Below, one piece after another: positions 62,095 through 64,000 of a DNA stretch of 64,000 nucleotides (position 1 is its first letter; every line of letters starts with the position of its first letter). The translations under genes were made by a program, and so were the position numbers. The notes under the pieces were generated by a model. The model had not been told where the DNA came from and made no database searches. It saw nothing but the letters and a program-made list of their open reading frames with translations. The stretch is taken from contig NW_025767412.1 of NCBI RefSeq assembly GCF_003918875.1, forward strand, positions 1,674,001-1,738,000, in the 5' to 3' direction. Source of the DNA: Haliotis rubra. Lineage: Eukaryota.

Positions 62095-63003
62095 GTGTAT
62101 ACTAATTCAAAGATACGACCACAACGTATGTGCTAGTCCCGTATTCTACTGCAAGATACGACCACGACGTATGTTATGGTTGTGTATACTACTTCAAAAT
62201 ACGACCACAACGTATGTAATAGTCCTGTATTCTACTGCAAGATACGACCACAACGCAAGTTATAGTAGTGTATACTAATTCAAGATACGACCACGACGTA
62301 TGTGATAGTAGTGTATACTAATTCAAGATACGACCACAACGTATGTGATAGTAGTGTATACTAATTCAAGATACGACCACAACGTATGTAATAGTAGTGT
62401 ATACTAATTCAAGATACGACCACGACGTATGTAATAGTAGTGTATACTAATTCAAGATACGACCACAACGTATGTGATAGTAGTGTATACTAATTCAAGA
62501 TACGACCACAACGTATGTGATAAGATACGACCACAACGTATGTGTATACTATATTTCAAGATACGACCACAACGTATGTGATAGTAGTGTATACTAATTC
62601 AAGATACGACCACAACGTGTTATAGTATACCACGACGTATGTAAAGTGTATACGACCACGATACGTACAACGTATGTGATAGTAGTGTATACTAATTCAA
62701 GATACGACCACAACGTATGTGATAGTAGTGTATACTAATTCAAGATACGACCACGACGTATGTGATAGTAGTGTATACTAATTCAAGATACGACCACAAC
62801 GTATGTGATAGTAGTGTATACTAATTCAAAATGCGACCACAGCGTATGTGCTAGTCCTGTATTCTACTGCAAGATACAATTTGCTATATAGTTGTGAACA
62901 TGTATACTACTTCAAGATATGACCACAAGTGTACACTACTGCATGATACGACCACAACGTATGTGATAGTAGGTATACTACTTCAAGACACTACCACAAC
63001 GTA
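62095..63003. repeat. 43-bp minisatellite (GTGTATACTAATTCAAGATACGACCACAACGTATGTGATAGTA)n, intronic
   Basis: About 20 tandem units with some internal deletions. Confidence 0.95.
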
Positions 63004-63108
63004 TGTAGATAGACACGTAGATGGCCACACTACCTTTTGGCGACAGTGCCTTATCCACGATATGATCACATGACACTGTTATAGTGTACTTTTAACTGCG
63101 AAACTTAC

Positions 63109-63229
63109 CTGCAAAATGTAGAAACTGTCGACATATTCCTCGGTAGTTCGGAATCCTTGAAGAGTTCCGACTCGACTACACACTTCTTCACCTTCGACGG
63201 GGTCGTGGAGTCACATTCTCCTGCAACAC
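63109..63229 (-). CDS. Cys-rich GPI-type protein, first visible exon (121 nt, phase 1-2); signal-peptide exon not found in the window
   Basis: CATTTCAG| ... AG|GTAAGT. Reads (x)VAGECDSTTPSKVKKCVVESELFKDSELPRNMSTVSTFC; VAG|E resembles a signal cleavage site. Confidence 0.8.
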
Positions 63230-63659
63230 CTGAAATGTTGAGGACATATGCAGCATTGTGTCCAGTGTGAGGGTTCCAATGTTAATACCTTACAGACTTG
63301 ATGTTATCTTTGCCAATGTTTTATCGCAGACTGTATCCGAACTTTTAATATTAATATATTTTTAGTTTATTGAACAGTTGTATATAATACAATTACTGTT
63401 ATATATTTCTTAGACGATGCCTTCTATTACATTTTGGAGGTTTAACCTGCATTGTATACTCATCATAATCCTTTCTCCGAGCTTTTCACAATCATAATGA
63501 TAATGAGAATATTTACAACGCCCCTTATCTTACCTCACACATAAATGTCGCTTTCTGATTGGCTGAGCGCTCTTCTATTATTTTCAATGTACCCCGCTTA
63601 CAAGTGAGATACATTTCAATTACTACCCCTGATACCCCAAGCTGCCTGTGAGGCGCTAG

Positions 63660-63760
63660 AAGGTTGATAGTCTCACGACTTATTTCACCAGGTACCCATT
63701 TTCTACTGGGTGAACAGAGGCATTTTTTAACAAACTCTCTTGCTTAAGGTGAGACCATAT
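63660..63760 (-). mobile_element. CORE-SINE-like remnant
   Basis: Minus strand TGCCTCTGTTCACCCAGTAGAAAATGGGTACCTGG resembles the CORE domain. Confidence 0.45.
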
Positions 63761-64000
63761 GTATCACGGGCTGAAATCCTAGAAACTCTCAGGAATCAAG
63801 CTGTCACACTATGTACAATTTTATTGCTAACTTTTTAAGCAGTTCTGTTTCAGACCATTATTGTTACTTATGTTTAGAACATGGTTTCCGTATTGTACAG
63901 ATACTACATGCTTAAACTTGTTCATATATATGTCATGTGTGGTATTTTTACGTGTATTTTTTACAATGTAGACAAAATATCTCAGAGGGAAGTATAATAT

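Overview
AT-rich, repeat-dense, intron-containing animal DNA with one 140-N gap (13090-13229). It is very probably abalone (Haliotis), inferred from an apparent perlustrin gene and mollusc-type SINEs. The main content is a ~35 kb cluster (6.2-41.3 kb) of small secreted proteins that each consist of one 12-Cys IGFBP N-terminal domain. The cluster has two perlustrin copies from a 7.36 kb tandem duplication, an older perlustrin paralogue with a 1-bp frameshift, a divergent Pro/Ser/Thr-tailed member, and a very basic member whose promoter and exon 1 are duplicated ahead of a single exon 2. All share a phase-2 intron just before Cys10. Downstream lie an intronless rhodopsin-class GPCR (-) and four exons of a probably GPI-anchored protein with two six-Cys neuritin-like modules (-; first exon apparently beyond the window). 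The remainder is LINE fragments, two SINE families, several non-autonomous DNA elements with readable TIRs/TSDs, a Tc1 remnant, Penelope-type ends with a hammerhead-like motif, and minisatellites. Gene models were spliced by eye. Single-base indels in homopolymers are common here, so frameshifts may be assembly errors. Family names come from recall, not database searches.
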